Source: a virus
Taxonomy: Duplodnaviria; Caudoviricetes
Virus record (IMG/VR): IMGVR_UViG_3300032260_000001
Coordinates: 1-62,562 of that record
Strand: one strand, 5' to 3'
DNA length: 62,562 nucleotides
Of this stretch, positions 50,934-61,355 are shown in pieces. The notes under the pieces were generated by a model. The model was not told the DNA's origin. It saw only the letters and a list, made by a program, of their open reading frames with translations, and did no database searches. A program made the position numbers and the translations under genes. Each line of letters opens with the position of its first letter. Positions within the stretch are counted from its first letter, which is position 1.

Positions 50934-53008
50934 TATTTACCCTTCAAGCACGTAAGCACTTGGTTTAACTTATCAACACGGCCCTTAAGTTCTGTCACAT
51001 GAGCCTTAACTTCTGGGCTATTGGCCTTCGCTTGTTTAGGTCCATCGTAATCATATTTTACCGTGATTGAGGCCAAAGGTTTAGCAGGTTTTTTAATACT
51101 AGCTTGATTATAATTCTGCGCTTTCCAGGCATTAGGAACCGTAATTAAATCATCTTGAATTAAACTCTGGTTATCAGTTGAACGCGGCTTTAACGTAACG
51201 GACGAAGCCAAACGCTTACCATCAAGGTTATACGTTTCATACCTAAAAACATCGTCGCCAAGCTCGCGCTTAACACCATAGACAGGGGTTTTACCTTGCT
51301 CAATCGTAGAATTAATCTGCTGTTCAATCTGCGCAACATCCGCCTGTTGTGGTGTCTCCATTAAAAAGTTAGAGACATTTTCAGAAACCGGCGCTTGGGG
51401 TAATGCTTTCTCAACAGGTCGCGCTTTAGCAGGCGCTACCACGGTTTCAATGGGGGGCGTTTCTACAGCCTTAGGAGGCTCATATTTAGCCGCAGCCTTG
51501 CGCATAGCTAACTGCATAGCCGTCGGCGCGTCTTCTTTTGCAGCTACATCCTTGAGCGCCTGATCATATTCTTGCTGCTTCTGTTTCTCTTGCTCAACCT
51601 TCTGAGCTTTAGCCTCACGAATATTCATCGACTCTTTCGCCCGGCCCGCAATCTCCTTCTCGGCCACAGCAGCAATATCTTCTCGTTTTAACTCACGCTG
51701 TTTGATCGATTCTAATACCTGCTCTCGTTTAGCCGTAGCTTCCGCTTCAGGTAAAACTTTTCGTGGCTCTTCCTTTGCTATTTCTTCATAGGTCAGTGGA
51801 GCAGTACGTTCAGCAAATTCCTCTTGTTCTTTTATCTGTTTTAACGTTTCATCGGTTTTAGCTTTTAATGTTTCTGCTTCTAAAATAGCTTCTTTAGTCG
51901 GCCCGGCGAAGACTTCTTCAGCTCTTGCCATAGATTCAGCCGTAGGGGCATCGATGATTTCTTGGGCTTTGGCCAGTGCGTCGTCAACAGTTACGGCTGA
52001 TTGGATTTCATCGGCTATTTCTTTAGGTTCTTTACTGCGAACCGCTTCAGCGACCTTATGCCCAACGGTAGCTATACCAACTTGGGCACCACCACCAATA
52101 AGCGTCGAGGCAGTCGTAAGTTTAACGATGTCTATCAGTTCTTCAGCTGTTGGCTCACCCTCTATACCATGCACCCATTCAGAGACTCTTTGCCCAACTT
52201 CTGCAATATTCTCACCAGGAACTTCGGCCATCATAAAATTGACCAATCGTTTAAACGGTGCGGTTCCCTCTTTGAAAAGCTGTTTAGCAGGTAAATACTC
52301 TGTACCAGCCTCTAACATCCCACTTATAGCCGCATGTCGATGGGCAACATCTGGATCAACACCCGCTTCTCTGGCTTTATCATAAGCCCGTCCATACTCA
52401 GCCGCGCCAAATGAAGCCGGAACTATATTCCAGTTTCTGAGCAATACAGCACCCGCAGCGGCTGGGGCCATTTGACCAAGGGACGTGGCCGCACTTGATA
52501 CAGCTTGTTGCCAAAATGTTTGATCTGTTGGTGTTACGTCTGCCATCTCTTTTTTCGCAGCCGTCGCAATCTCTTTTCCCTTTGCCGTGACAGCGATATC
52601 GCCTTCGCGCAATTCAGGCGAAAATTGACGAGCAATAAGTGCTGGTAATTCAGGTGCAAACTTAATAGCAGCACCTAACGCACCAAGAAAACCGCCTTCG
52701 CCAGCTTTAGCAGCCTCACCAAGCGCGACGCGTTCAGCTTCACCTGAAGCTTGCATTGCACCACCGGCAGCAAGCTTAATGCCTTCCACTACTTGTGTAG
52801 GAACAGCTTTTAATGTCGCGCCCCATTCAGCGGCAGGCTTTGGAGCTTCCGTAGGTTCATCAGCAAAAGGATCAAAATCAACCTCTGTCAGCTTTGCCTG
52901 TTGTACGGGTTCGCCCTCAAAAGGATCAAAGTCAACTTCGGTGAACTTCGCTTGCTCTTCAGGTTCATCTGCAAACGGGTCAAAATCAATGGGGGTTAGC
53001 GTAGGCAT
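50933..53008 (-). CDS. Internal virion/DNA-transfer protein
   Basis: 691 aa Ala-rich helical; three N-terminal DFDPF repeats. Confidence 0.7.
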   Translation of the reverse strand: MPTLTPIDFDPFADEPEEQAKFTEVDFDPFEGEPVQQAKLTEVDFDPFADEPTEAPKPAAEWGATLKAVPTQVVEGIKLAAGGAMQASGEAERVALGEAAKAGEGGFLGALGAAIKFAPELPALIARQFSPELREGDIAVTAKGKEIATAAKKEMADVTPTDQTFWQQAVSSAATSLGQMAPAAAGAVLLRNWNIVPASFGAAEYGRAYDKAREAGVDPDVAHRHAAISGMLEAGTEYLPAKQLFKEGTAPFKRLVNFMMAEVPGENIAEVGQRVSEWVHGIEGEPTAEELIDIVKLTTASTLIGGGAQVGIATVGHKVAEAVRSKEPKEIADEIQSAVTVDDALAKAQEIIDAPTAESMARAEEVFAGPTKEAILEAETLKAKTDETLKQIKEQEEFAERTAPLTYEEIAKEEPRKVLPEAEATAKREQVLESIKQRELKREDIAAVAEKEIAGRAKESMNIREAKAQKVEQEKQKQQEYDQALKDVAAKEDAPTAMQLAMRKAAAKYEPPKAVETPPIETVVAPAKARPVEKALPQAPVSENVSNFLMETPQQADVAQIEQQINSTIEQGKTPVYGVKRELGDDVFRYETYNLDGKRLASSVTLKPRSTDNQSLIQDDLITVPNAWKAQNYNQASIKKPAKPLASITVKYDYDGPKQAKANSPEVKAHVTELKGRVDKLNQVLTCLKGK

Positions 53009-53757
53009 TACTCAACCTTGTTCCATTTACCATCTTTTTGAACAAACCAGGCTTGATATTGGTCTGACCATCTGGCACCTTGAGCCGGTGGGGATTTCTT
53101 ATCTGCTGGCGGACCTTGTTTAACCGGAGCTTGTGGCGTTTTTGCAGCAGGCGGAGTACTCACTTGTGCTTGTTTGGTTCCACCAAGACTTTCCTGAACC
53201 CTATATTTATAAGCTTCTGTTTCAACCTCTTCGTTACCAGGGTCAAACCAATAGAATTCACCACTCGCTTTTCGTCGTTGCATAATCCTATCTTTAGCGA
53301 GAGATTTCTCACTCTTAGATAGTGATTTTTCGGCCAAATCTTCGTCTAACCCTTCAACTTTAATACTGTTCCATGCGCCTGTATTAGGGTCTCTTTCTGC
53401 TGCTACTTTTATTTCTCCATTTGGGTCACGAGGATCAGGAATCATCATCGTTTGGGTTTTGGTAGAACCCACTTTCTTAGCTGCCTTAATCTTCGCCTTT
53501 TTTTCTGCCGCCGTTAACCGACGTTGATACTTCTTCTCTTCAGCTGCTTCACGACGTTTATAGGTCTCTTCTTCAGCTGCCGTTTTCTCTTTACGAACGC
53601 CTTTCTGATATTCGCGCTCTTCCGCCTTATCAGTCTTACGAATACCCGCAAGCCTCTGCTCTCTACGCGCTTGAAGGTTGTCACTGATAACGCCTTTCGT
53701 GTATTCCATGCCAGCGCCTGCAGCGCCTTCAATTGCCCCAGCAAGTAATCCGCCCAT
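53008..53757 (-). CDS. Internal virion/DNA-transfer protein
   Basis: Gly/Ala N-terminus, charged coiled coil. Confidence 0.65.
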   Translation of the reverse strand: MGGLLAGAIEGAAGAGMEYTKGVISDNLQARREQRLAGIRKTDKAEEREYQKGVRKEKTAAEEETYKRREAAEEKKYQRRLTAAEKKAKIKAAKKVGSTKTQTMMIPDPRDPNGEIKVAAERDPNTGAWNSIKVEGLDEDLAEKSLSKSEKSLAKDRIMQRRKASGEFYWFDPGNEEVETEAYKYRVQESLGGTKQAQVSTPPAAKTPQAPVKQGPPADKKSPPAQGARWSDQYQAWFVQKDGKWNKVE

Positions 53758-54275
53758 TACGCACCCCCTTGAGGTAGCACGCCTTGTTGAGGCGCTTGTG
53801 GAGTTTCTTGTGGAGTTTCAGGTGTAATCCCTTGGCTAGCTTGTTGGGCCGCTTGTGCCATCTCTTGTTCGTCAAATCTATCGGGGTTTTCCTGACCCCA
53901 ATCCGCGAGCGTTTTCTGAACAGCACCCATCATCATTTCCTTAGTGACGTTTTTAACCACCTCATTTTGTATAAGATCTTGAAGTAACATTTCGATAAGT
54001 TTAGTACCTACCTCGGCTAAAATTTCTACAGGCAATTCACCTTGATCTTTTTCCAGCCGTTCAAGTGTGCCGTTGATCGCCAGCGACATAGCATCAGGAA
54101 ATCCCTGTTCTCCATGCTGTTGAAACATCTGCACAAAATTTTCGAAATTTTCATCGTACAAAAGCTCTATCGCACTATCTAAAACAGGCTTAGCTTGTGC
54201 AGAAACCTCACCTTCTGGTATTGTTTCAGCGGACTGTTCAGGCGTTTGATTAGGTGTTTCTAGTAAACCAGGCAT
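53757..54275 (-). CDS. Hypothetical virion-associated protein
   Basis: Acidic helical; in ejection-protein cluster. Confidence 0.65.
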   Translation of the reverse strand: MPGLLETPNQTPEQSAETIPEGEVSAQAKPVLDSAIELLYDENFENFVQMFQQHGEQGFPDAMSLAINGTLERLEKDQGELPVEILAEVGTKLIEMLLQDLIQNEVVKNVTKEMMMGAVQKTLADWGQENPDRFDEQEMAQAAQQASQGITPETPQETPQAPQQGVLPQGGA

Positions 54276-54276
54276 G

Positions 54277-54834
54277 TTAAGTATTCCTATAATTTTCTAG
54301 TAGACGTTTGTAGTTTGGAAGCTCTGGCGGTGCGATTCCTTCTCTAGCCCGAACACTGAGTGGTCGATAGCCCCCAGCAAAGAGACCGCGATTAACGTCT
54401 TCTAGCGAGCGTACCCTAGTAGGGTCTACAGCCTGGTGCTCTCTTATGTAGCGTTCCTTATCGGCTCTGCGTTGTTCTTCTAGCAGATCTTTTTGCATTG
54501 ACTGAGAAGCCATGCCCTGGGCAGCACCTAGCAACATTTGAGACTTAACCGGATTGGCTTCTACCCAACCGGCTGATTTAGACATCAAGCCAGGCTCTTG
54601 ATAAGCTGGTGGTGGTCCGATATCTCCTGTTGGCATACCTCCAGCAACCACTTCGCCAGTAGGGGCGGTTGTTGATGACGCCATACCCTCACCAACCGCG
54701 CCACCAGCCCATGCGCCAGCCGCAAATCCAGCGAACATACTTAGCTTTTCATTGCCGGTTAGCTGTCCAACAAACTTACTGACTACCTTGCCAACAACCA
54801 ACGAGCTTATAAAAGGCATTGCTGCTGCGCCCAT
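54277..54834 (-). CDS. Putative DNA-transfer (pilot) protein
   Basis: Gly/Ala-rich hydrophobic N-terminus after GNAT gene. Confidence 0.6.
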   Translation of the reverse strand: MGAAAMPFISSLVVGKVVSKFVGQLTGNEKLSMFAGFAAGAWAGGAVGEGMASSTTAPTGEVVAGGMPTGDIGPPPAYQEPGLMSKSAGWVEANPVKSQMLLGAAQGMASQSMQKDLLEEQRRADKERYIREHQAVDPTRVRSLEDVNRGLFAGGYRPLSVRAREGIAPPELPNYKRLLENYRNT

Positions 54835-54835
54835 G

Positions 54836-55288
54836 TCAAATCTCCATTGCGAAGCACTGCCCCGCTTTTTTAAAACCCATCTTCATTAAAAATGAGTCAT
54901 ATCTATCGTTTTCTACCAAGGATGTAATGTGAACAGCCCAAGCGTTATTGTCTTTTGCCCACTGCTTAAATCTACGTAACAACGCGTGTGATTCTTTCCC
55001 AGAAATAAAAAACAGATCCATAGCAATTATCGTTCCCCACGCGTTCTTATCAACACCACCACCGAGAACACCAACCACCTTGCCTTCATGTTCAACAACT
55101 TCGCAGAACAGGTTCGGCATTGCGGTTACAACAGCGAATACTCTTTTCATGTGAGGAATATCTATCGGCGAATTTTTAAACGAAGTCTGTTTGTGAGTTT
55201 CAATAAACAACGGCTCTAGTTGTTCGAAATCACTGATTTTAGATTTTCTGATCATCCTAAAGCTATCCCTCCTGTTCCCACTTTTCAC
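54836..55288 (-). CDS. GNAT-family acetyltransferase-like protein
   Basis: IRK...D.EQL, GKVVG, LLRRFKQWAK, KMGF; typical podovirus tail-region gene. Confidence 0.75.
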   Translation of the reverse strand: MKSGNRRDSFRMIRKSKISDFEQLEPLFIETHKQTSFKNSPIDIPHMKRVFAVVTAMPNLFCEVVEHEGKVVGVLGGGVDKNAWGTIIAMDLFFISGKESHALLRRFKQWAKDNNAWAVHITSLVENDRYDSFLMKMGFKKAGQCFAMEI

Positions 55289-56285
55289 CGTTCCATCTCA
55301 TTAATTTGCGTCCAGCAGATCCCCATGGATCGCTAGGATCAACAGGCATATTTTTACGCTCTCCTACGTAGCTTCCTGGTTCTAATGGTTGTTCTTCGCG
55401 CCGTGCTTCGAATGTTTCAGTCGCGCCTACTGTCATAGGCCCGGCAGGTGTCGCCCCTTCAGAAGCTGTTCCTGTCGTGAATTCTCCAGCGGCGGCTGGT
55501 TCACCAGATATTCCAGCAAGGAAATTAAGACCGGATTGGAGGTTTCCTATAATGACGTTCAAACCAACTTCTTGTTGCTCTGCACTCATATCAGGATTGT
55601 CGAGAAGATTTGAGATAGATTTTAATCCGTCTGAATACAAACCGCCCATTGTTGTATCTAGGTTCTGTTGAATTTCATATGTCTTTCTAAGGCCTTCAAG
55701 CTCTAATGCGTACTGTTGCTGAACACCGTAAAGACGCTCGTTAACATCAGCCTCTAACTCTAGCGTTTTGGCATTGAGGGCTTGCTGCTTTTCCATCTGC
55801 GTGAGCTGCTGATTCGCAGCCAGTTCTTGGCGCTCAAGTTCATATTGCTGAGCCACACCCATCTGGCCTGTTTCCAGCTCTGCAGCACGCCCCATTTTCT
55901 GAAGACCATATGCCTGTTCTTGTTCCCGGCCTGTAAACTCACTACCGAGCTGCTGCGCGGCTAAGCGTTGTTGTGAATATGTTTGTGCATCTTGTTGAGC
56001 AATAGGCGTGGCTCTATCAATCATCGCCGCCATACCCGCCTCACCGGCTAGCGTAGATTCCAACAACCCTCGTTTAGCGGCATAGGCTTCACCACCATAT
56101 TTTGCACGCTTCATCAAAGCTGATTCAGGATCAAGGATTCCCGGTAATCTACCCGCCACTGTCTCTTGAGCCGGATCTATCGGCTTAATATTTGGTTGAT
56201 AAGGCGCAGGCTGATAAGGATCGTTCGCAGGCTGATTTGTTGTTTGTTGAAGTGGGTCAAGTAATGGCATTATATTTCTCCGCAA
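55263..56285 (-). CDS. Putative internal virion protein
   Basis: Gln-rich coiled coil, AKRGLLES...ATPIAQQDA. Confidence 0.65.
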   Translation of the reverse strand: MRRNIMPLLDPLQQTTNQPANDPYQPAPYQPNIKPIDPAQETVAGRLPGILDPESALMKRAKYGGEAYAAKRGLLESTLAGEAGMAAMIDRATPIAQQDAQTYSQQRLAAQQLGSEFTGREQEQAYGLQKMGRAAELETGQMGVAQQYELERQELAANQQLTQMEKQQALNAKTLELEADVNERLYGVQQQYALELEGLRKTYEIQQNLDTTMGGLYSDGLKSISNLLDNPDMSAEQQEVGLNVIIGNLQSGLNFLAGISGEPAAAGEFTTGTASEGATPAGPMTVGATETFEARREEQPLEPGSYVGERKNMPVDPSDPWGSAGRKLMRWNGEKWEQEG

Positions 56286-56414
56286 TCAGCTATTGCATCG
56301 GCGAGCGAGTTATAGCTTTTGCGCTTCGGTTTTCTGGCTACTCCTGACATTCTATTTACCTCCTATCTTTAGCTTATATTGAATTGCGATTATCTCAAGC
56401 GTGTTAATTGCGCT

Positions 56415-57662
56415 CTATGGTAGAACCGTTACCGTCATCCATGACCCTTTAGAAATAATAGTGGAAGAAGCATCACTAGTGCCTTGCGCCCAATCAAGAT
56501 CGAGGGTTGTTACCGATGAAGCATTTGATAGTAAAAAGCCAGTAAAATACGCCCCTAACGCAATAGATGCAGCTAGTGGAAAAGTTTTTGCAGTTCCTAT
56601 AGGGGCACTATCAACTGTTTCAGTTGCCGACAAATCAATTGCATGGAAATTTATCTGACTCGCCTGTGGTGATGCGCTCGCGGTTAACTGAACCTTTATA
56701 TCTGGCGTGCTTGATGAGCTATCAACCTTTAAATACCCCTCAATCTTAACTCTCGTATCAACAGCTATGGTCCACCCGGCTAGCTGCGGGTCAGCTGCAG
56801 GCGTTGTTGTCGATGATCGCGATGTTGATACTGTTTTTGCTTTTGATTCAATACCAAGGCTCGATAAAGCATCCTGACCGCTTTCAGCTGTCCAATTAAC
56901 CCCGTCTCCAACGATGAAATTCCCATCTGTGACCGCTAGGGCTGCTATATCATCTAATTGGGTATCCCAGGCCTGTACTGATACGCCTATGTCGGTGGCG
57001 TCTAGCGCCACGGCTCCATTAATAGTAACGTCGCCACCACTCGTCGTAATATCTACATCGCCTGACGAAATCTGATTTCCAAGCCTTAACGTGCTGTCTA
57101 TCGACGTAAAACCTAGAAAACCCAAGCTTGTATCAATAGAATCAACAAATCTCAAAAATGCAACCGCATTACTTCCAGTTGAGTCGCTGTCTTTAATAAA
57201 GATCTCAGATTGACTTCTTGCAAGCGTTATCTGTCCTGTAAATTCCTTATTTCCGCCTATTACCTCATTTCCTGTTACTCCAACCGCACCAATAGTGATT
57301 CTTACAGCGCCGCCACTGGTATCATCGAGTATTGTTCTTGCGAAAGGAGCTAAGTCGGCTACTGCATAGGTATCTAATGCAGTGGCATAGATCATTTTGT
57401 CTGCGGCCGTTGTTAATCCGGCTATAGAAAGCAGTCCGGCATCATAAGCCTGAACATTAACGCCAATGTCAGCATCAACAAGCAGATTTGCAGTAGCAAC
57501 ACCAGCATCAACTAAATCACCACTAGCATCTTGCTCAATAACATTCCCGCTAGTGGGTGATACTATTTTGTTCGATTTAGTCGCACTAGCAGTCTCAATA
57601 GCCTCAAGATCAGAGGCTTCCATCAAATCGCCATCGACTTTATTGTTTACATAATCCGACAT
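56415..57662 (-). CDS. Tail fibre protein
   Basis: DIGVNVQAYD/DIGVSVQAWD repeats, FARTILDD, GNFIVGDG. Confidence 0.8.
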   Translation of the reverse strand: MSDYVNNKVDGDLMEASDLEAIETASATKSNKIVSPTSGNVIEQDASGDLVDAGVATANLLVDADIGVNVQAYDAGLLSIAGLTTAADKMIYATALDTYAVADLAPFARTILDDTSGGAVRITIGAVGVTGNEVIGGNKEFTGQITLARSQSEIFIKDSDSTGSNAVAFLRFVDSIDTSLGFLGFTSIDSTLRLGNQISSGDVDITTSGGDVTINGAVALDATDIGVSVQAWDTQLDDIAALAVTDGNFIVGDGVNWTAESGQDALSSLGIESKAKTVSTSRSSTTTPAADPQLAGWTIAVDTRVKIEGYLKVDSSSSTPDIKVQLTASASPQASQINFHAIDLSATETVDSAPIGTAKTFPLAASIALGAYFTGFLLSNASSVTTLDLDWAQGTSDASSTIISKGSWMTVTVLP

Positions 57663-59131
57663 TAGTTCCGCTTCCTTCTGCCCATGGAAAACTGGAAGTT
57701 AATTCCATCCATCTCCCATTGGCTTTGCACTGCATCGCTTGAGACATATATTCCGATATATTCACCAACGCCCGGCGTATCGAGTACACCCGTGACGATA
57801 TCCGAACCGCCAAGAACATCAGCGCCTAATACCATCGTCCCCAAAACGCCACCGCTAATCCCATCTATATGGATGTTGTCGTAGTTGATTAAAGGGCCAT
57901 CTCGGTTGTAAAAAACAGGCTTTCCTTGAATACTGACAACGCCTTCAGCCTGCATATCAAATTGTGCCCGTCGAAAACGTTTTGAATGGAAAGGGCTTCC
58001 TAAATGAACAGGCGCGATTAATAGAAATGAATCTATCGCCGCTCCATCAAAACTTGACCCAGACTCCATTTCGTAGATGTAACCATCAGTAGAACCAAAA
58101 TAGATTCTTTCCGCTCCGTTGGTATCTTCTGTATTGCAAATAGTTGTTACTTGAAGGGGGAGTTGAAATTTTGTCCAACCCGACAATCGATGCCCTCTAA
58201 ACGTGGCAATAATCCCTGTTTTGTCTGAAAAGAAAACCCGATATTGTGTTTTATTCTTAATCGTTACCGAGGTAACAACGGTGTCTTTTTTAGATTCAAT
58301 CGTGGGCTGGATATCGGTGCTAATCGTTGCATCAATATAATCACCAAACTCTTGAGCCGTACGAAAATCAGTAACCCCCCGGTCGTCCATAAAATAAACA
58401 CGAGACCCTAACTGTTGTAGCGTCCCTGCAATAGCCCCCATGGAATTACCGTATTGGCTCATATTCGTTACCACAAAATCAGCGGCAACAGACCCATCTA
58501 AAATCCCCATACTGTTACGAGACCATATGCCCAAACGTCCACCTGTAAGCCGTTGCAGACCTGTAATAGGTGTTTCCATTTGGATCTGCGTTGCCCCAGT
58601 AATCGCCGCCCAAGTCGTCGCGTCACCTAAAGACGAATTGTGAAGATCTGTGTCGGATGCTGCGAAAAGATGTTTTTTAAAACCGAGAACATAATCCGGC
58701 GTATCAACTGTCATGCCCGTTGTAAGATCAGTCCAAGTCGTGCCATCCCACTGGAATAATTTGTGAACACCCGACGCTCCATACATCATCTCGGAGCCGT
58801 TAATGTTTTCGTTAGAAAAGTTATAAGCCCCATCGGGCACTAATCCAGTCTTTTTAGCAGTCCAGCCAGACCCCGTAGATTCATACATTGCCGCTGTCGC
58901 ACCACCTACCGCATTACGAAAAGCGTAGTTTTTGCCGTTGAATCCCCAGACACCCAGGATGTCGCCCTCACCCGGAACGATATTAGGATCATATTTCGTA
59001 TAACCTAAAAGGCTTCGATAACCGGGCTTCTGTTTGCACTCAACATTACGCGAGCGGATAAGGCGTCCGGGCTCCAAATCGACACCACGATTCACCTCAT
59101 CTAATCCGCCTCTTAAGGTCGTGTACGTCAT
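57662..59131 (-). CDS. Tail nozzle/stabilisation protein (P22 gp10/T7 gp12-like)
   Basis: 489 aa beta-propeller-like, GGL start, follows adaptor. Confidence 0.75.
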   Translation of the reverse strand: MTYTTLRGGLDEVNRGVDLEPGRLIRSRNVECKQKPGYRSLLGYTKYDPNIVPGEGDILGVWGFNGKNYAFRNAVGGATAAMYESTGSGWTAKKTGLVPDGAYNFSNENINGSEMMYGASGVHKLFQWDGTTWTDLTTGMTVDTPDYVLGFKKHLFAASDTDLHNSSLGDATTWAAITGATQIQMETPITGLQRLTGGRLGIWSRNSMGILDGSVAADFVVTNMSQYGNSMGAIAGTLQQLGSRVYFMDDRGVTDFRTAQEFGDYIDATISTDIQPTIESKKDTVVTSVTIKNKTQYRVFFSDKTGIIATFRGHRLSGWTKFQLPLQVTTICNTEDTNGAERIYFGSTDGYIYEMESGSSFDGAAIDSFLLIAPVHLGSPFHSKRFRRAQFDMQAEGVVSIQGKPVFYNRDGPLINYDNIHIDGISGGVLGTMVLGADVLGGSDIVTGVLDTPGVGEYIGIYVSSDAVQSQWEMDGINFQFSMGRRKRN

Positions 59132-59787
59132 ACCGGCTGCACAACCATTTCATCAGGAACGTCCTCTTGCTCCCATAGCAGTCTGTTCCACGCATCCAGG
59201 TACAGAGGGGCAATAATCATCGGCGCTTCTTCATAACGCTCGTAGTCGAGTAATGCGCGATAAATAATGGCGTATTGATACTCTTCAGGAAGATAAGGAA
59301 CATCACTGTCTGCCGCTAATATCTGAACCGACTTACTAGCATCGAATCGAATGGTGTAATCGTCATTCGGTTTAGGCTCAAAGAACAGATTGTTGTCAGG
59401 CAAAACCGTCACAATCGCCGGTTGCTCAGCATCTGAATGGATATAGTTGTAGATCTTTTTAAACTGGTTATATTCCATGAATTCAAGCGGCATCTCTTGA
59501 GATTCAGTATCCGCTGTTAGAAAAATGGTAAACGTGTCCGTATCGATCTGTTTAACACTCTCACTGCTCATATCGTAAGTGCGAGCATCTGCCGTTGTGT
59601 TAATCTCTTTTTGTATCCAGGTGAATTTCCAACGACGACTTTTTTCAGTCTGTATCTTAATCCACGACTGTTTTATCCATTCAACAACGCGAGCATATTC
59701 GCCGGTTTGACCCACAACCGTAGTTGGCCCGGTTCCAACAGCGCCCGCCTCTCGAACAAAGAGTTGGCAAAGCTCAAGATACGTCAT
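59128..59787 (-). CDS. Head-tail adaptor (T7 gp11/P22 gp4-like)
   Basis: MTYLELCQ..., P.PNDDYTI, D.P.LPEEY..AIIY.AL. Confidence 0.8.
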   Translation of the reverse strand: MTYLELCQLFVREAGAVGTGPTTVVGQTGEYARVVEWIKQSWIKIQTEKSRRWKFTWIQKEINTTADARTYDMSSESVKQIDTDTFTIFLTADTESQEMPLEFMEYNQFKKIYNYIHSDAEQPAIVTVLPDNNLFFEPKPNDDYTIRFDASKSVQILAADSDVPYLPEEYQYAIIYRALLDYERYEEAPMIIAPLYLDAWNRLLWEQEDVPDEMVVQPV

Positions 59788-60118
59788 GAGCCTTTAACCA
59801 GTTCACCGCTGAATCTTTATCTTTATAAGTTCCACCTCGTGATTCCACCAACCGCTTAAGGCTTAGGTGATGCATGTTGTCGTAATCATCAGCGGGGAAC
59901 TTAGTCGGAGTAATCTTCTCCGGTTTTTTCTGAAAGTTTTTAGGTACAGGTTTAGCGATTGGCTTACCTTTAGCATCAAAATGGGTGCCGTTCTGGATAT
60001 ACCGCGCACCCGCTACGTCACAATCACCAAAAATCTCACCAAATGGTTTCTTCTTATCCAGCATTATATTTTCTGCCTCATGCTTAAGCCTTCTTCTGCT
60101 ACTTTCTGATTGCCCCAA
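59774..60118 (-). CDS. Hypothetical protein
   Basis: MLDKKKPFGEI...; in structural operon. Confidence 0.55.
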   Translation of the reverse strand: MGQSESSRRRLKHEAENIMLDKKKPFGEIFGDCDVAGARYIQNGTHFDAKGKPIAKPVPKNFQKKPEKITPTKFPADDYDNMHHLSLKRLVESRGGTYKDKDSAVNWLKAHDVS

Positions 60119-60285
60119 GCACTCTCTTCACGTCGTTCACTCTGTACGCGGTTTTGGCGATAGGTACTGTTAGACATGCTGATGTTGTAATCAGGATCAG
60201 TTGAATAACGCTGCTTATCATCAGCACCAAAACTCTGTCCTTGATTAACGCAACATGGAGTATCTTTACCTCGGTGTTTATTCAT
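60064..60285 (-). CDS. Hypothetical protein
   Basis: GAGG RBS; ATGA coupling. Confidence 0.5.
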   Translation of the reverse strand: MNKHRGKDTPCCVNQGQSFGADDKQRYSTDPDYNISMSNSTYRQNRVQSERREESAWGNQKVAEEGLSMRQKI

Positions 60286-60641
60286 ATTGAACCTCTCGAA
60301 TTTCTCGCATGAGAAACAACCGCATTTGATGCCGTTGCCCCTTTTTGCAATACTCTGACTCGTTTGTACCGACCAGGGATTTCCATTGCCCCCCCAGAAG
60401 CAACCTCTCTAACATAGGTAGCGAGTGCTGTTCCTCGAACATCTCTTCCAGATATAGCAAGAACCCAATTAGTGCCATCCACCGTTGCGTCTATCTCTAC
60501 CGTTCCAGCAATACACTGGACAATGTGATAGTCATAGCGAGATATATTTTCTTCCGAAAGGTAAACAACATCATTGTCATTTGTTCCTATCGTGCCTTCC
60601 AGGGTAATAAGGTCTGTTGGGTTGGGTGCTTGTACTGCCAT
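60282..60641 (-). CDS. Putative virion protein (beta-rich)
   Basis: AGGAGG RBS; DGTNW motif. Confidence 0.65.
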   Translation of the reverse strand: MAVQAPNPTDLITLEGTIGTNDNDVVYLSEENISRYDYHIVQCIAGTVEIDATVDGTNWVLAISGRDVRGTALATYVREVASGGAMEIPGRYKRVRVLQKGATASNAVVSHARNSRGSI

Positions 60642-60680
60642 AGATCCTCCTAAAAAGGGGAGTCGCCCCCCCCCTCATTG

Positions 60681-60920
60681 TTAGCACTTGCTAGGAAAAG
60701 TCCCACGATCAGACGAAACCGATTTGTTATCAGCGACTGGTCGTTGCTGCATTTCGTTATTCTCATAACGAGGCGGCATGTAATGGTCGAAAGACTTCTG
60801 ATCAATCAAACCATTTTCAAGACTCATGCCTTGCGTTTTATGTTTTGGACCTACCCCAGGCTGACCCTTTGGCTGTGGTCCACCCTGCTTATGGGTGTAG
60901 CTTTTACCTGTGTTATTCAT
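60681..60920 (-). CDS. Hypothetical protein
   Basis: AGGAG RBS before MNNTGK. Confidence 0.55.
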   Translation of the reverse strand: MNNTGKSYTHKQGGPQPKGQPGVGPKHKTQGMSLENGLIDQKSFDHYMPPRYENNEMQQRPVADNKSVSSDRGTFPSKC

Positions 60921-60931
60921 AATAATTTCTC

Positions 60932-61351
60932 CTAGTACCAATCAATCATAATGTGAACATCACCAATGCCCGCCGGTGTACCGCCCGTAGGGGCAATGCA
61001 CGCAACTTCGATTTGTGTATTGGTAACGTTCTCATCAATGATCGCGTTGGTATCATCTTGAGTGTTGTAAAAATCAGTTGCCGCAGCAGCCCCCATTTGG
61101 AGTTCTGCATAAGCATCTGCATCAGCGCCGGTTCCAAGTCGGACAAACCCTTGAGTGGTGACTTGATTGAAGGTCTCACTTACCGCGACACCCACATCAA
61201 TAAGCCGCCCAAAGGAAAACCCTAATGGAGCTTTAACAGCATGAGCGGAATCACCCGCACCGAAATCTACAGCCGAAAGGACATAGGTAACGGTACGAGG
61301 ATTAATCCTGCTAAGGCGCAGACGTTCTTGAGCACTAAAACGGACAGTCAT
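60932..61351 (-). CDS. Putative capsid decoration protein, paralog 2
   Basis: Shares NP.T.TY, GT.AD.DAY and terminal DW(Y/F) with 61356-61724. Confidence 0.6.
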   Translation of the reverse strand: MTVRFSAQERLRLSRINPRTVTYVLSAVDFGAGDSAHAVKAPLGFSFGRLIDVGVAVSETFNQVTTQGFVRLGTGADADAYAELQMGAAAATDFYNTQDDTNAIIDENVTNTQIEVACIAPTGGTPAGIGDVHIMIDWY

Positions 61352-61355
61352 AGCA

